From Chrysomallon squamiferum (taxonomy: Eukaryota > Animalia > Mollusca), in the NCBI GenBank assembly GCA_012295275.1, contig CM022665.1, positions 21,824,001-21,888,000 on the forward strand: 64,000 nucleotides of DNA, in the 5' to 3' direction. The notes beneath the pieces were generated by a model. The model was given only the letters and a program-made list of their open reading frames with translations, did not search any database and was not told where the DNA came from. Below are positions 1 through 12,894 of this stretch, one piece after another (positions within the stretch are counted from its first letter, which is position 1; each line of letters begins with the position of its first letter). The position numbers and the translations under genes are program-made.

Positions 1-33
1 TGATATGTTGATGTTTATTTCTATAATCTGCAG

Positions 34-571
34 GTGGGGATTAATACAGTTTCGTGACACTATTATTAACAGTACGTTGTTCCACCCAGATCATGAATGG
101 CTCACGAGAAACGCTCTGCTTGAAATATACCGAGCAGAAAAGGTTTGTTCAGTAACGCTTAGATTTTAATCTTATGTGGATCTTTCTCTCTCTTTCTCTC
201 ACATATATATTCATACTTAAAGGCACACATATAATGCACTCAAACACACATTATATAGATAATAATAATAATAATAATAATAAGTTATATTAAGCTGTTT
301 GTCAGTTAATATTGCATAAATATTTTACTTTACATAAACAAACAAAAAACAGGCCTACAGAGCCGTATTTGGTCGCTACACAGACAAGATTAGCAACCTT
401 GACCTTCCTCCCTACGTACTATCCTCGTTGTGCATTAAAGATGTCAGTATCAAAATGGACTGGACAGGATTCGTTGCTACTGTCGTGACAATGGACGACG
501 CTGTTGAAGAAGGGCACATTCGCACGGACAGACTGTTGTGGATGGGAGATAACCCCGGAGAAGTTTATTAA
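34..571 (+). CDS. Carbohydrate-binding family 9-like (CBM9/DOMON-like) protein, paralogue 1; last two exons only, gene starts upstream of the window
   Basis: Exons 34-142 (WGLIQFRDTIINSTLFHPDHEWLTRNALLEIYRAEK) and 353-571 (AYRAVFGRYTDKISNLDLPPYVLSSLC...GHIRTDRLLWMGDNPGEVY*), AG/GT flanked. They align with the last two exons of the 3477-10983 gene: same 109-nt penultimate exon, same phases. Confidence 0.85.
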
Positions 572-857
572 CGTGTTTATTTAGAAACATGAAAACTGTC
601 TGAAACAAAGATAATGGCTTCCTGAATAAAACAGTATATTTTGGTAGTTAAAAATGTTTATAATAGAAATTTAACTTTTTTTTTCTTTTTTTTTTTAAAT
701 TTTATTTCTAAATAAATATTGTGATATTGTTTTTGTTTCTGATTAATTAATTAATTAATTAATAATAATAATAATAATAATAAATAATAATAATAATAAA
801 TAATAATAATATAAATGATACAGTGCTTTCTAAAATGAAAACTATGTTTGATTAAAA

Positions 858-888
<31 letters not shown>

Positions 889-1357
889 TTTCTTATAATA
901 CACTTAACGGCCAACTGATTATGCATACTATATTAGTATGTAAAATGTTTCAAATTACTAGAAATAAGCGGTTTACGTTGAAGTGCGTTTCTGTTGAAGT
1001 TTTTCGTACATCTAGACACTCGAATATAACTCTACACAAATCTTTCATTTCATCATGATGTGATTAGAAATCAATTCATTCTAATGCGATATAGGACATT
1101 ATAGACAAAATCTGTATTATTAAAATAAAATTTAAAATTTGGTAAAATAGTAAGTATATAATATTTATATTATTAGTAAAGGAAAATATTTTATTTCTGT
1201 AAATATTGAAAAATACGTCAGTTTTATTTCTGTCTGTAATATTGACATTTCAGTTAATAATATTAATTTTTTTAAATAATTTTTTATTTTTTAACCAGTA
1301 GTAAAATTATTTCATTTAGTTTTTTATGCCAAAGAGCATATTTGAAAATGTTGAATG

Positions 1358-1389
<32 letters not shown>

Positions 1390-2244
1390 ATAATAATAAT
1401 AATAATATTTACGTATCTGTTTTGTGAATTGTGTAGTTACTTCATATTTTCTATTTTATTTCAGGCACACTATTTATTAAACGAAATTATATGTAAATTA
1501 AGGTTATATAAAACTGGATGTCTAATTATGCTATACATAAATTCTAAAATATTACTTTTGCCTTCGAAAGGTAAAATTTTCTATATATTTGATATATACT
1601 GTTGTATAAAGTATGAATGCTTTTGTTTAGTGTTCTGTTGGCTGTGTTAAATTTATGTTATATTTGCATAATGCATTTTAATATTGTTAATTATTATTAA
1701 TAATAATTATTTATAATGATAATATGTATTAACATTTTGGAATAAAAATTTCGTGCTAATACTTGGCTTGCTGTACTGTATTGGTAATAAGATTGAAGGA
1801 GAACGATATTGTGAACATTTTTGACTTGTCATTATATATCGATTGTCTCCCTTTACTTACTACATCAAGTTTTTAATCGGCCGTAATATAGTTCTGTAAT
1901 CTGTGAACTGAGATCTGTAGAGTTTTGGGGATGAGGCAGAAGGATATATAGTTTATGGAAATTTTAATTTTGTTGTTTTTGAAACAATTATATGAATTTT
2001 TTGTTTTTTATTAATTAAGAATTCTAACCAATGACTAGAATAATCTTTTTCAATGTCGGTGTTATACATTAGAACACATAAAGGAACAACGGCCTGAACA
2101 GGCGTATTCAGTGGAGTGCAAAAAGGGGTGAAAAAAAAATGAAACAGACCCGCGGATCAATTTGAGGTGTGTGGGGGGGTATTTAATCAAAAAGTGAAAT
2201 TAAAATGAAGATTTTTGAAATCTGAAATTATTTCTTTTAACTTC

Positions 2245-2380
2245 ATTGTCGGCCTGCATATCGTCGCATTTTCAACTTTAAATTGTGAAAGACCGTTTTC
2301 ACAGCTAAAATCAATAATAATAACAATTAAAAAAAAAGTGAGCATGTCACAAGAACGACTAACTGAGTCTAATCAACATT
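2245..2380 (+). mobile_element. Decayed hAT transposase fragment (C-terminal dimerisation motif)
   Basis: Translates as VAFSTLNCERPFSQLKSIIITIKKKVSMSQERLTE, matching the hAT dimerisation pattern S..CERsFS.LK.IKt.lRs.M.qeRL; soon followed by a stop. Confidence 0.6.
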
Positions 2381-3476
2381 AAAACATAATTCGTCTCAAT
2401 TAATCCGAAAAATTAAGTAGTATGATAGATCTCATTTGGGACACCGAAGTTAAGTAATGCGGCTGATATATGTTTTGTTTGAATAAAAAGTTACGAATTA
2501 CTCAGTGAGTTGTTTTGTAAATGAATTTATGTGAAAAAAAAAAAAATAATAATAATAATAAAAATAAAATGCTTCACTAACAAATAGCAATCTAAAATTT
2601 TGGACATACATATTAATCTTATTGATTAAATAAATGATTACTGCCTAATATGTAAATTTATGCTCCTGACTGTTTAAAACGAAGTATATTTTGACAGAAA
2701 TATGTGGGATCATAACTCAAAGCCTGACACCACATACAATATATTACGTAAGTTATTCGTGTCTGCCTGATAGTATTTATAATGTAAGACCAGTTTGCCT
2801 TGCTTTCACAGACATGCAAATTCATGTATTTATTTTATGAATAATCTAAACATTCTTGGTAGTATCACAGAAATAGCAGAAGTAGTTTGCTGTGTTATAA
2901 TTAGTGTACAACTAGTAGAGAAAGAAATAGTAGTAAAATAAACTACAAATTTTCACAAATTGATGAATAAATAAATAAAATAAATGCAGTCAATAATAAT
3001 AATCATAATAAAGCAATAATTCAAAATAAACTACACATTTTCACAAATGAATGAATAAATAAAATAAATGCAATCAGAAATAATAAAAATAATAAGAGTA
3101 ATAATAAAGAAATAATTTTAAAAAAATAGTGGTAAAAGTAGTAATAATAAAATATTGATAGCAATAATTGAAAAAGGAATGTTGATAGAAGCAGCAGTTG
3201 TAATAACAAAGGTAAAAAAAAAGGTAGTGATGATGACAGTGGTTGTGATAGTACTATGCTGACGTGGTAAACAAGTGACAAAGGCAGTCATTATATGGCT
3301 CATAAAGAAGGTGCAGCTTAGATGAACGACAAATTTACACAGTCCCAACCAGCAAGATACGCCTGAATAAACAAAGGAGAAATTTGAACTTTTGTTCAAC
3401 TTTTGGAATAGTTGATGTCTGGGAGTTATATGCTTTATACTTCTATGCCAGTAAAATTGATGTTTAGTTTGTAAAA

Positions 3477-5220
3477 ATGCATTATTCTGTTCGGTGTGTT
3501 GCTGGAGTTGGTGTACTCTGTGGGTTGTTGTGTATAGGAATTGGGGTACTTATTGGATACTTTGCAAGAGATGCATTAGTGTCTAACAAAAAAAATGAGA
3601 GCGCTTATCTATCAAGGTAAGTAAACAGTAAAAACTGTCAAATCTAGAGCTCTAAAGAACAGAAAAAAAAAGCAATTGCTTCAAGCACTTGTTTTATTAT
3701 ATTTTTTAATAGGTTTTTGTTTCAAACTAAAATGCTTCAAATTTATTAATTTTTAGGTATTTTCATTTTTTATGTTTTTAGTTTATTTTGCAGGCAACAT
3801 AATTACCGTATATACTTGTGTATAAGTCGAATTTTTGGGAGACTATGTTAAGGTAATATTTTGGGGGTCGACTTATACATAGGTAATGCTTTTGTAGCTG
3901 TTGCTGAAGAGTCGCCATTTTGACTATTTTTTGCTACGGGATGCATCTAAAATAATCGCGGTCTTTCAGCTTTTCAAAAATATAATTTTATCGTATAAAA
4001 TATTTTGAAAAATTAAATAACAAAACCAAATATGAATGTAAAACATGATATTCTTCCGTTTAATGACATAAAAATACATTTTAAAGCGAGAAAACCGTCA
4101 GTACGGCGTTATGCCTTACGGCGTCTTGCAATGATCTAGGCTATAGCTCGTGTAATACATGCATTTACGTTATTATGGTATGTTCGTGCAAGTTACAGCT
4201 CGTGCAAGTTATGTTACAGTAGGCGTACAATGTAGGCCTTCATGGCACTGTCACACTGGTCTAAAAATAGTGACGGTGCCTGGAATCTACAGTCGACTTA
4301 TACACAAGTAATACCTAAAATGACGCAATTTTTGGTCTTAAAATACACATCGACTTATACATAAGGTCGCCTTGTACACAAGTATATACGGTATTCACAT
4401 TTGAAAGTAATATGTTAGATTAAACTAATTAATCATTAATGTAATGAGAGAGAACTGAAAGAAAAAAGGAATAAATAAGGAAAGTAGAAAGAAATGATGA
4501 AACAAAAATGCAGAAAGAGGACACAGAGTGAGGAAAGAAAAAATGTTGAATGAAAGAGAGAAATAAATTCTGCTACATTAATCACTGTATCAAGCATATA
4601 ATAGTATATCCATCACAAGCCAGTGTTATCTCTAGTTGAGAGTATAAAACACAAAAACAAATATCAGTGATGGTTAAGAATGTTTGTCATGTAAATATAT
4701 TACTGAATAATAGTTCAAGTTGACATGCACCCAAAACACAGCCTTCATTATTGTTCACCTCCATTGAAATGTATAAGCTATTCAGTTACTGCTGGCAGAG
4801 TATAGCTTAAAACACCTTTATAAAGAAGTGTACATATCCTGTTTAAAAAATCGGGTTCATTGTGAGGCTTGTTGCTTGATCTAGTACTATTTTAAATGAT
4901 GTGTGATATTAAATATAAATATTTTTCATAAAAAGAAGAGAAAAAAAAAGAATAATAAGTGAACAACTATAATGAAGATACATGTAATATAATTTCAACA
5001 GTAGCAGCACAACAAAAGTAATAATAACAACAGCATTAATAATAATAATAATGATAATAATAATATCATTAACATTATTGTTGTTTAATGAATAATAATT
5101 CTTCAGTAAGAAATATAAATGACATCATTTTATTAATATTAATTAGATTTTTTGTTTTCTTAATCATTTTGTATTATTACTACTACTACTGCTACAACTA
5201 TTATTATTTTTTTTTTTTGT

Positions 5221-5283
<63 letters not shown>

Positions 5284-6685
5284 TAATATTTCGCAGCTGC
5301 TTAAATGACTGTGAAACAAAAGCTGACCAGGCCAAATCCTGTGTTCTCCCCTACCCACGTAATTATGTAAGTTATTACCTACATGGTAAAAAAATAAAAA
5401 TTGATGGTAAGCTTGATGATGAGGCATGGCAGGAAGTCTCTTTTACAGAGAATTTTGTAGGTGAGTTAAATAATTTTATAATTTTATGCTTGTTTCAGCA
5501 CCATCAGCAACATTACTATTATTATTATTATTTCATTACTGTACTGTTATTTTAATTATTATTATTATTATTATTTCATTACTGTACTATTATTTTAATT
5601 ATTATTATTATTATTGTTTCATTACTGTACTATTATTTTAATTATTATTGTTGTTGTTATTATTGTTGTCGTTGTCATCATGTTTTTCTTAATTATATTT
5701 ATTTATAATTCCTATTATGCATTATTTGTCAGAACTTGCATAATAATAATACCGAATAGTTTTTGACTGCTAATATAGTCATAGACATACTGAAAATGAT
5801 TATTATTAATATTCTAAGTATTATTATTATGTTATAAAATATAAAAATACATTAAAACATTTTTGTGAAAAAAAAAAATTATATACTTTTAATAGTTTTA
5901 TACACTTGTTGATTCTTATAACTTGAAACTATAGATTTAGCTGGGTTTTTTGGATTCAAGATAGTGCATAAATATTTAGTATTTAAAATATCAACTTACA
6001 ATTTATATACATATATATATATATATGTATTGTGCGTACGCAGACATACAAACAGTCTGACACAGACACACACATACACATATATCATATAATGAAACTA
6101 AAGATTGGTGTCTTTCAATAAAATCCTAAAAATATTTGTGTTTGTTTATATATTTTTTAAAGATATAAGAGGACTCAGTTATCCTTCTCCACAATTTGAA
6201 ACTAAAGTGAAAATTCGCTGGGATGATAATAATGTGTATGTAGGGGCTTACCTTCAAGAGCCTCATGTATGGACAAATTTCACAGAAAAAGACACAAGAA
6301 GTGAGTATAGTTTGATGTTTTTAATTCTTATTACAGGCTGAGGATCCCTTATTCACAATTCCAATATTCAAAAATCTCCAAAAGAATTTTCTCATCAGTA
6401 CAAACAATTGTTTCTTACAGTTTTCAGTTTGTTTTGCAGACACAAACTTTATTATATGTACAAAATTATTAAACATAATTATAAAACAATAATAATATTT
6501 TTTTTTTTTTTTTTTTTTAAATCCTGCATACTGTCTGCATAAGCTGTGCATGAAATATAAATGAAATTCAGATTTAGACTTGGATCCAATTCTCTGGCTG
6601 TCTAATTAAGTTATATTCCAAAAATTAAAACAAACTGAAATTTGAAACAATTCAGTCCTAAGCATTATAAACAGAGGATTCTGAA

Positions 6686-6741
<56 letters not shown>

Positions 6742-9700
6742 GGTGCATACAGTTTAATTACTAAACTAGATTGTAATATAATTTTAAAATCTAGAATACA
6801 GAACTTTTAATTTTTTAAGTTAAAAAAGAAAACATAATTATTACTTTTTTTTTTTTTTTTAATGAAAAAAGAAAAGGTTTTCCTACATTTCATACTGAAT
6901 AATTTACTTCCAAATTGAATCTCTAATTTAAGATTATAAATCACATATTCATTTAGGGCTACTGTTTGGTGGCATTTCCTGTATTTTTATTTTATCATTT
7001 AATATTTATTTATTATTTTACAGTTTACAAAAATAATGCTTTTGAGGTAAGAAATTGAGACTTTTACAGAATAAGAAATCTGATTCATATAGCTTTGTAC
7101 AACAGATTCAAATTTGAAGCACTGTATTCAGATTTTGAAAAAATCAAGAACATGAAATAATAAAATAAATGTTTTTACATAGCCTAGCCACAGGAGATGC
7201 AATGACATTGTAGTTTTGTATTATTGGATACAGATTCCAAAATTTATAACACGTATTTGAGGTCAGACATATTGTTTTGTGTAATACAGATTTAAGCAAT
7301 ATTTTGCATTTGGTTGTTTACCTAAGGTGCAGTTAATACTTCATGTTATACACTAATTAATTTAAAACATTCTAAATCTTGGTTCTTAAATTATCTTTCT
7401 TTATATTTTCACATTTACAGTAGTATTTAAAATCTGAAAATGTGAAAAGACATTCAGTTTGTGTTGTGGATTTTTTTTTTTTGTGTTATTTTATTATTAT
7501 TGTTATTTTTAAAGGTTTTCTTTGATGTTGAAGGAAGTATGCAAATGTAAGTTTCTTAGAGTATATACACTATCTGATATTTTTTCATCATAAAGTCACA
7601 ATTATACAGTTAATATTACTAATCATAACTTGTGAATTCTATCAGCTTTGAAGCAGGTACAAAATATACAGGCATTAAATCTGTGTATGTGTACATATAA
7701 TTTAAATCAGTGGGATATCATAATGCACACACTCATGCATACATGCAAAAATAGACATACACACAGAAGCATGCACACATACACAAAGATAGTGTAATAT
7801 TCATAATTTTGTAACAAATTCAGACTAGTGTCAAACATTATTTATGAAATTTTTAAACATTAACATATAATAAATACAAGTGCATTAGTTTCTTCAGAGT
7901 TTTCTTTTCTTTTATTATATTCAGGTACAAAGAATTTGAAATGAATGCCTTGAATACAACATGGGATCTCATGCTTACAAGGGTAAGCATTTAGAATAAA
8001 TATTCCTTTCCATAATAAAATAGTTCCACTAAACCAACAAAAATATGCCTTTCAAAGAAGTTTAATAAATAAATAAATATTATAAATAAATTTTAAAAAG
8101 TGTAAAAATCTTTCAGATAATTTTACCATAAAATCAGCTAAAAAATACCAGTCAAGTTTAATCAAAAGTACTCAGTGGTGCCTACATACTGTATCCAACA
8201 GAAGACTGTTGGCACAGGATTGTACCTTCTTAGTGATTTTTCCACCATATTGGAAATAAAGAGATTTCCAAGTGTTATCTTCTCTTTGCCCATGAACTGA
8301 GAATTATTTAACATTATTTACTGATTCTATTTGAATGCCTATTTTGACAGACAAATTATAAAATACGAAAATTCCATCAATACATAAATTTTTGATACAA
8401 CATAAATAAAACAACTTTTAAAATGAAACTCTTGCACATTGAAATTGTTGTAATTCAGGCTTACATGGATGGTGGAAATTTTGTTGACTGGGAAGGAATT
8501 GCTGACAAAGATGTCTACACAGATGGAATTGTTAATGACCCATCAAGTCATCGTAAGTTATATTCTAAACATTTAATACATTATTTCCCTTCTGTATAAT
8601 ATATTTAATATTCATTTGTTATAAAATTGTGCATACCTGCCTATCTGTCTTGAATGTATGCTCACACACCTATTCACAAACACACACACACACAAACACA
8701 AAAGTTATCCATGTATCCATGAAGACATCAGGATATTTGATAACTGGCTTTGTTGTTGTTGTTTTTTCCATTTTAAATGTCAATAAACTGAACAGAATCT
8801 GGTTGTTTTCTTCTAAATGCTGCACTTAAATATATATAAACTGATTTTTTTTCATTTGTTTTATTTTTATTGTAGCTACATTCTGGTCACTAGAGGTTGC
8901 ATTTCCTTTTGCAAATCTAGCTGAAAACACAACCAGACATAGTGGACCTGCCTCTGATGGTGAAGTCTGGTTTATGGTTTTGGCAAGGTGTTTATTTTAT
9001 ATATATTTATTATTATTATTTATTTATTTATTTACTATGTATTATTTTAAACAAAGGTAAAACAGAACATAATAAAGTAATTAATAAAACCTTCTAATTA
9101 TTGTTTCAGACCGCAGTATCAAACAGAAGTTTATAATGGAAAATATCGAAAGGTAATAAAAATATAATTTTGATATATATACAAACACTGAAATTTGAAA
9201 GCAGTATCATAATAATAATAAGTATTTCAAGAAAAAAAATTGTTTTTAAAACTGATATGCATGTTATTAAATTATCAGATTCAATTAATTTAATTTACTG
9301 TTTCAGGTACACTGATATTATCTGTAATGAATTCAAATGAATAAACATTAGTGGTGCCCATTTCAGATCAATTAACATCCCCTGTCACTATTTCAGGTAC
9401 CAAATACTGAAGCTTCCTGGTATTCATGGGTACCAGTAGGAGCAGTAAATTTACATTTACCTAGCAAGTGAGTATACACATTTCTAATATACTTTTTATA
9501 TATGTTTTTTTCTGTGTTTATTAATTATATACATTCATTATAATGCAAGTAGATTTTGGTTGTTAGGGATTTTGTTCATTTTTTCAGATTTTTTTTAATA
9601 CGTTTGAATACCACACAGATATCATTACTATATTTTCATGCTTGTGTATGTGTGTATTCACATCTAAACACTTGTCACAAGTTACAAATAAATTAATTAA

Positions 9701-10983
9701 TTAAGTTCAACCCAAAATGCCTTTTTAATAGCAACAATCTTGATATTGTTTTTATTAACTGTATGCTGTTATAAATGATAAAGATATGCATATATAGTTT
9801 TTCATTAGAATAAACACGTTACAAGAATGTAAAAAAAAAAAGGAAAAGTCTTCATTTCATTGAAATAAATTCAGCAATTTATGGAAATGTTTAAGTAAGT
9901 ACTATACAACTTGGTATGGATATAAAATAATTCGTGTATGAATTATGTACATGATAAATAATTAACATTACTAGATATCTATATTGAATTCAGCATTTTT
10001 TATGTTAACATCCAATTTTTGCAAGGCCTTTTCCCTCATGAAAAAAGTCTGAATATATGACTCCTGTCAATAATAATAAATTTAAATTAAATAATGATTT
10101 CATGGAGAATGTTGAAATGCTTTTTAGATAACTGGTTATTTTAAATGTTTGTTTTTTTTTGTTTTGTTTTTTTCAGGTGGGGACTTCTACAGTTCAGCAA
10201 AGACAAGCCTCAAAAAAATCCCACATTTTCATTTAAGAGATGGACAACATACCAAGCACTGTTTGACATCTTTAATGCTGAAAAAGTATGGGTCTATTTA
10301 TTTAAAATAGTTTTAAAATGTACGTTATTTATTTATTTATGTTTAGTATTTCATATATTTATTTATCTGTATTCTCATTTTGTTTTTAGTATCACAACAT
10401 TTTTATAATTACATTTAAAAAATTTCACAATCATATTTTTTTAAACCTGCTATTCTTTACTGATATTGATTTTAAACAATAACATTCACTTGCACGTTTA
10501 GTCACAAAAACTTTTTTTTTTTTTAAATATAATAATCCAGATATCCATATAAATATTTTTTTTAATTAAGGTGGTTATTAATGTTTCATTTGTTGTTGTT
10601 TTTTTAAAGGGATATTAACATGTCTTTTTACATTAGAAACAGCTAAATGTGGACAAAAATGATTTAAATTTGCTTTTGTCCTTTTTCATCATTTCTGAAA
10701 CAACATAGTTAATGTTTGATACAGTATGCTTCTATTAACAATTTGTTGGACTCTGTGTGTGTATTTTTTTCAGACATTCAAGGTGGTGAAAGGTGGCTAT
10801 GTATCTGACTTGAAGCTGCTGACTCTACCTTGGTACATTACAAGTGGTAACTGCATTGACAACATCAAAGTGAAGATTGTAACAGTGAACACGACCACCC
10901 AGTTTGAGGTGACACTGAGATCGAAGTCCGAACCCTCAGCTACTGCCCACATCAACAGTGACAGACATGTTTGGTTTACATAA
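3477..10983 (+). CDS. Carbohydrate-binding family 9-like (CBM9/DOMON-like) protein with N-terminal membrane anchor, about 397 aa, 12 coding exons
   Basis: Exons 3477-3616, 5297-5460, 6163-6300, 7024-7046, 7515-7546, 7925-7982, 8459-8552, 8876-8987, 9110-9152, 9397-9467, 10177-10285, 10774-10983 join in frame (1194 nt). Motifs PRNYV..IKIDGKLDDEAW, FVDIRG, KIRWDD..VYVGAYLQEPHVW, NNAFEVFFD, YKEFEMNALNTTWDL, WSLEVAFPF, NLHLPSKWGLLQFS match bacterial CBM9-like proteins. Hydrophobic VAGVGVLCGLLCIGIGVLIGYF near the N-terminus. Confidence 0.85.
3806..4391. mobile_element. Non-autonomous Tc1/mariner-pogo (Tc2-like) MITE, 586 bp, in intron 1 of the CBM9-like gene
   Basis: TIRs CCGTATATACTTGTGTATAAG / CTTGTACACAAGTATATACGG (1 mismatch), TA duplications at 3804-3805 and 4392-4393, internal TCGACTTATAC repeats, no ORF. 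Confidence 0.9.
5520..5650. repeat. Minisatellite, 3 copies of about 40 bp (TTA)n-TTTCATTACTGTACT-TTATTTTAA
   Basis: Direct inspection. Confidence 0.8.
6334..6689. mobile_element. Old Tigger/MER2-like MITE remnant
   Basis: TA-CAGGCTGAGGATCCCTTATT at the left end and AAATTTGAAACAATTCAGTCCTAAGCATT..GAGGATTCTGAACCTA-TA at the right: degenerate TIRs resembling MER2/Tigger ends; a (TA)n expansion follows. Confidence 0.5.
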
Positions 10984-12863
10984 TTTTTTTATGTTAATGG
11001 TATGGTAGAATTTCAGCATAATCTCTGATAATTTACAAATAATTTAGAATTCTCTCTAGATCTTCATCATTTGAAAAACAATTAGTGTATTACAGTTGGT
11101 TTTATTAAAATTGTTTCATCAGTCAATAAATATCTGACAGTGACAAAGAATGTAGAATTTATCTCATAAAACATTATTCTGTTAGCAAAGCCACTGAATG
11201 GATTTAGCAGTCTCCTGTAATCTTTCATACTTCTTCTCATCAAGTATAATGAATTTATTATAGCTAGTTCTGTTATAACTGTCTAATCAGGTATTATATA
11301 GCTGATTGTGAAAGCATACAGAGTTTACAATTCTATCCCATAAATTTTCATAATTTCTTTCATTAAAAATAACCAGTACAATTCATTATAAATGAAACTG
11401 TCTCACAAATTCTTGAATGACTGTTAGTGATGGCATACAAAACATTTCTCCTGTACACTTAGTAACTCTCCCATACTCATTCATAATTCCTTTCATTATC
11501 ACTAATCTGTGAAATTCATTATAATTGGTTGTATTAAAAATTGTGAAACCAAAATTTAATTTAATAAAATATAGAACAGATAAAGATTTAGCTATATGAA
11601 TATTGTCAGGTTTAATGAACAATTGTGTAGAGTTTGTTTAGAACAAAGTGCAGAATAAAGAATTCAGTGTCAAAGGCATTTCATAAACTGAAAAATACCA
11701 ACTTGAATCAAGCTTCTAGAAACCAGCTAAAAAGAAACTTGAAAAAAATTATTAAATATATTCTAGAAACAAAAGTATAAAAGGCTATGTAAAGATTAAT
11801 CTTAACATTATACTCATGTATTTCATAAAACTAGAGTAGTACATTCTAGTGAAGCCAGCTCAAAAGACTTGAAAAAACCTTCATATATATGTTCTAAAAC
11901 ACTTACAGGCTATGCTAGGACTAGCTTTAACATCAGTCACAGATGCTTTATATCAAATATGGAGTGGAATACCAGTAGTTAAGTGGTTGAGTATTGCAGG
12001 ATCATTGCATCAATCCTAATCACTGCTGTAATTTAGTTATTTGCCTTTCTGCTCAGTACTCCTTGAGGTGTTTTTTTTTAAACACTGTTGTAAATATTTT
12101 TCAGTTTATGGGAACATGCTTATAAATTCCTTGCTTCTAATCAGTAAGGTGAGGTGTCTTCTCTCATACTACATTATAATTCACGTATTTGATCTCTTGT
12201 AACTCCATTTAACAATCAGCTAAATCTGACATCTAATAAAACTGGTAACACAATTACAAGACTATTTATCCAACTTCCAGAAACCTGGCTTTAGAAATGT
12301 ACTGATTTGTATCAGTTAAATACTATTTCATTCACCGTTTTATTTTAAATGTATATTAAACTTGGGATCAGAATCCTGGAAAATCCACAAATCCAGGTCA
12401 TCTCCTGTTCCAAGCTTGCCAATTAAAAGGTCTGGAATTTGTATTAAAAAAATATATACTCTTCGGTAATAGGTTTCTTCTGACACTTTTTTTTTTGTTA
12501 TTAATGAACATTTATTAAATAGAACTGTGAAAAGATTAAAATATTAAAACAAATGGCAATTTTGTTTAATTGAGAGAGAATAATTTGAGGTACTGTAGTT
12601 GATGCAAAAATTTATTTCTAACATAATGTTATTTAACTGTTGATAACATCTATGAAAAGAAAAAAAATCATTTAATAAACAATTTTATAATAAATATACA
12701 TTTAATATGACTCCTTTTCTGGGGAGTGATTATGATGCAAGCATCCATACACTTTGTGATCCCTAAAACCATAAACATACCAAACACCAAACATACAACT
12801 GACAAATAACACATATTTGGTAAGTGTCCACAAAATCAGAGATAATGAAACCAAAACATGAAA

Positions 12864-12894
<31 letters not shown>

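Noticed and set aside
1342-1650. 102-aa ORF with poly-Leu/Ile resembling a signal peptide
   Set aside because: Produced by (CTA)n/(ATA)n microsatellites; TTG start, no recognisable domain. The same applies to ORFs at 3021, 19175, 53261, 53859 and 59101.
3477-10983. Bacterial contamination explaining the CBM9-like gene
   Set aside because: Eleven spliceosomal introns, host-type repeats inside them and contiguity with SRP54 show it is a nuclear gene.
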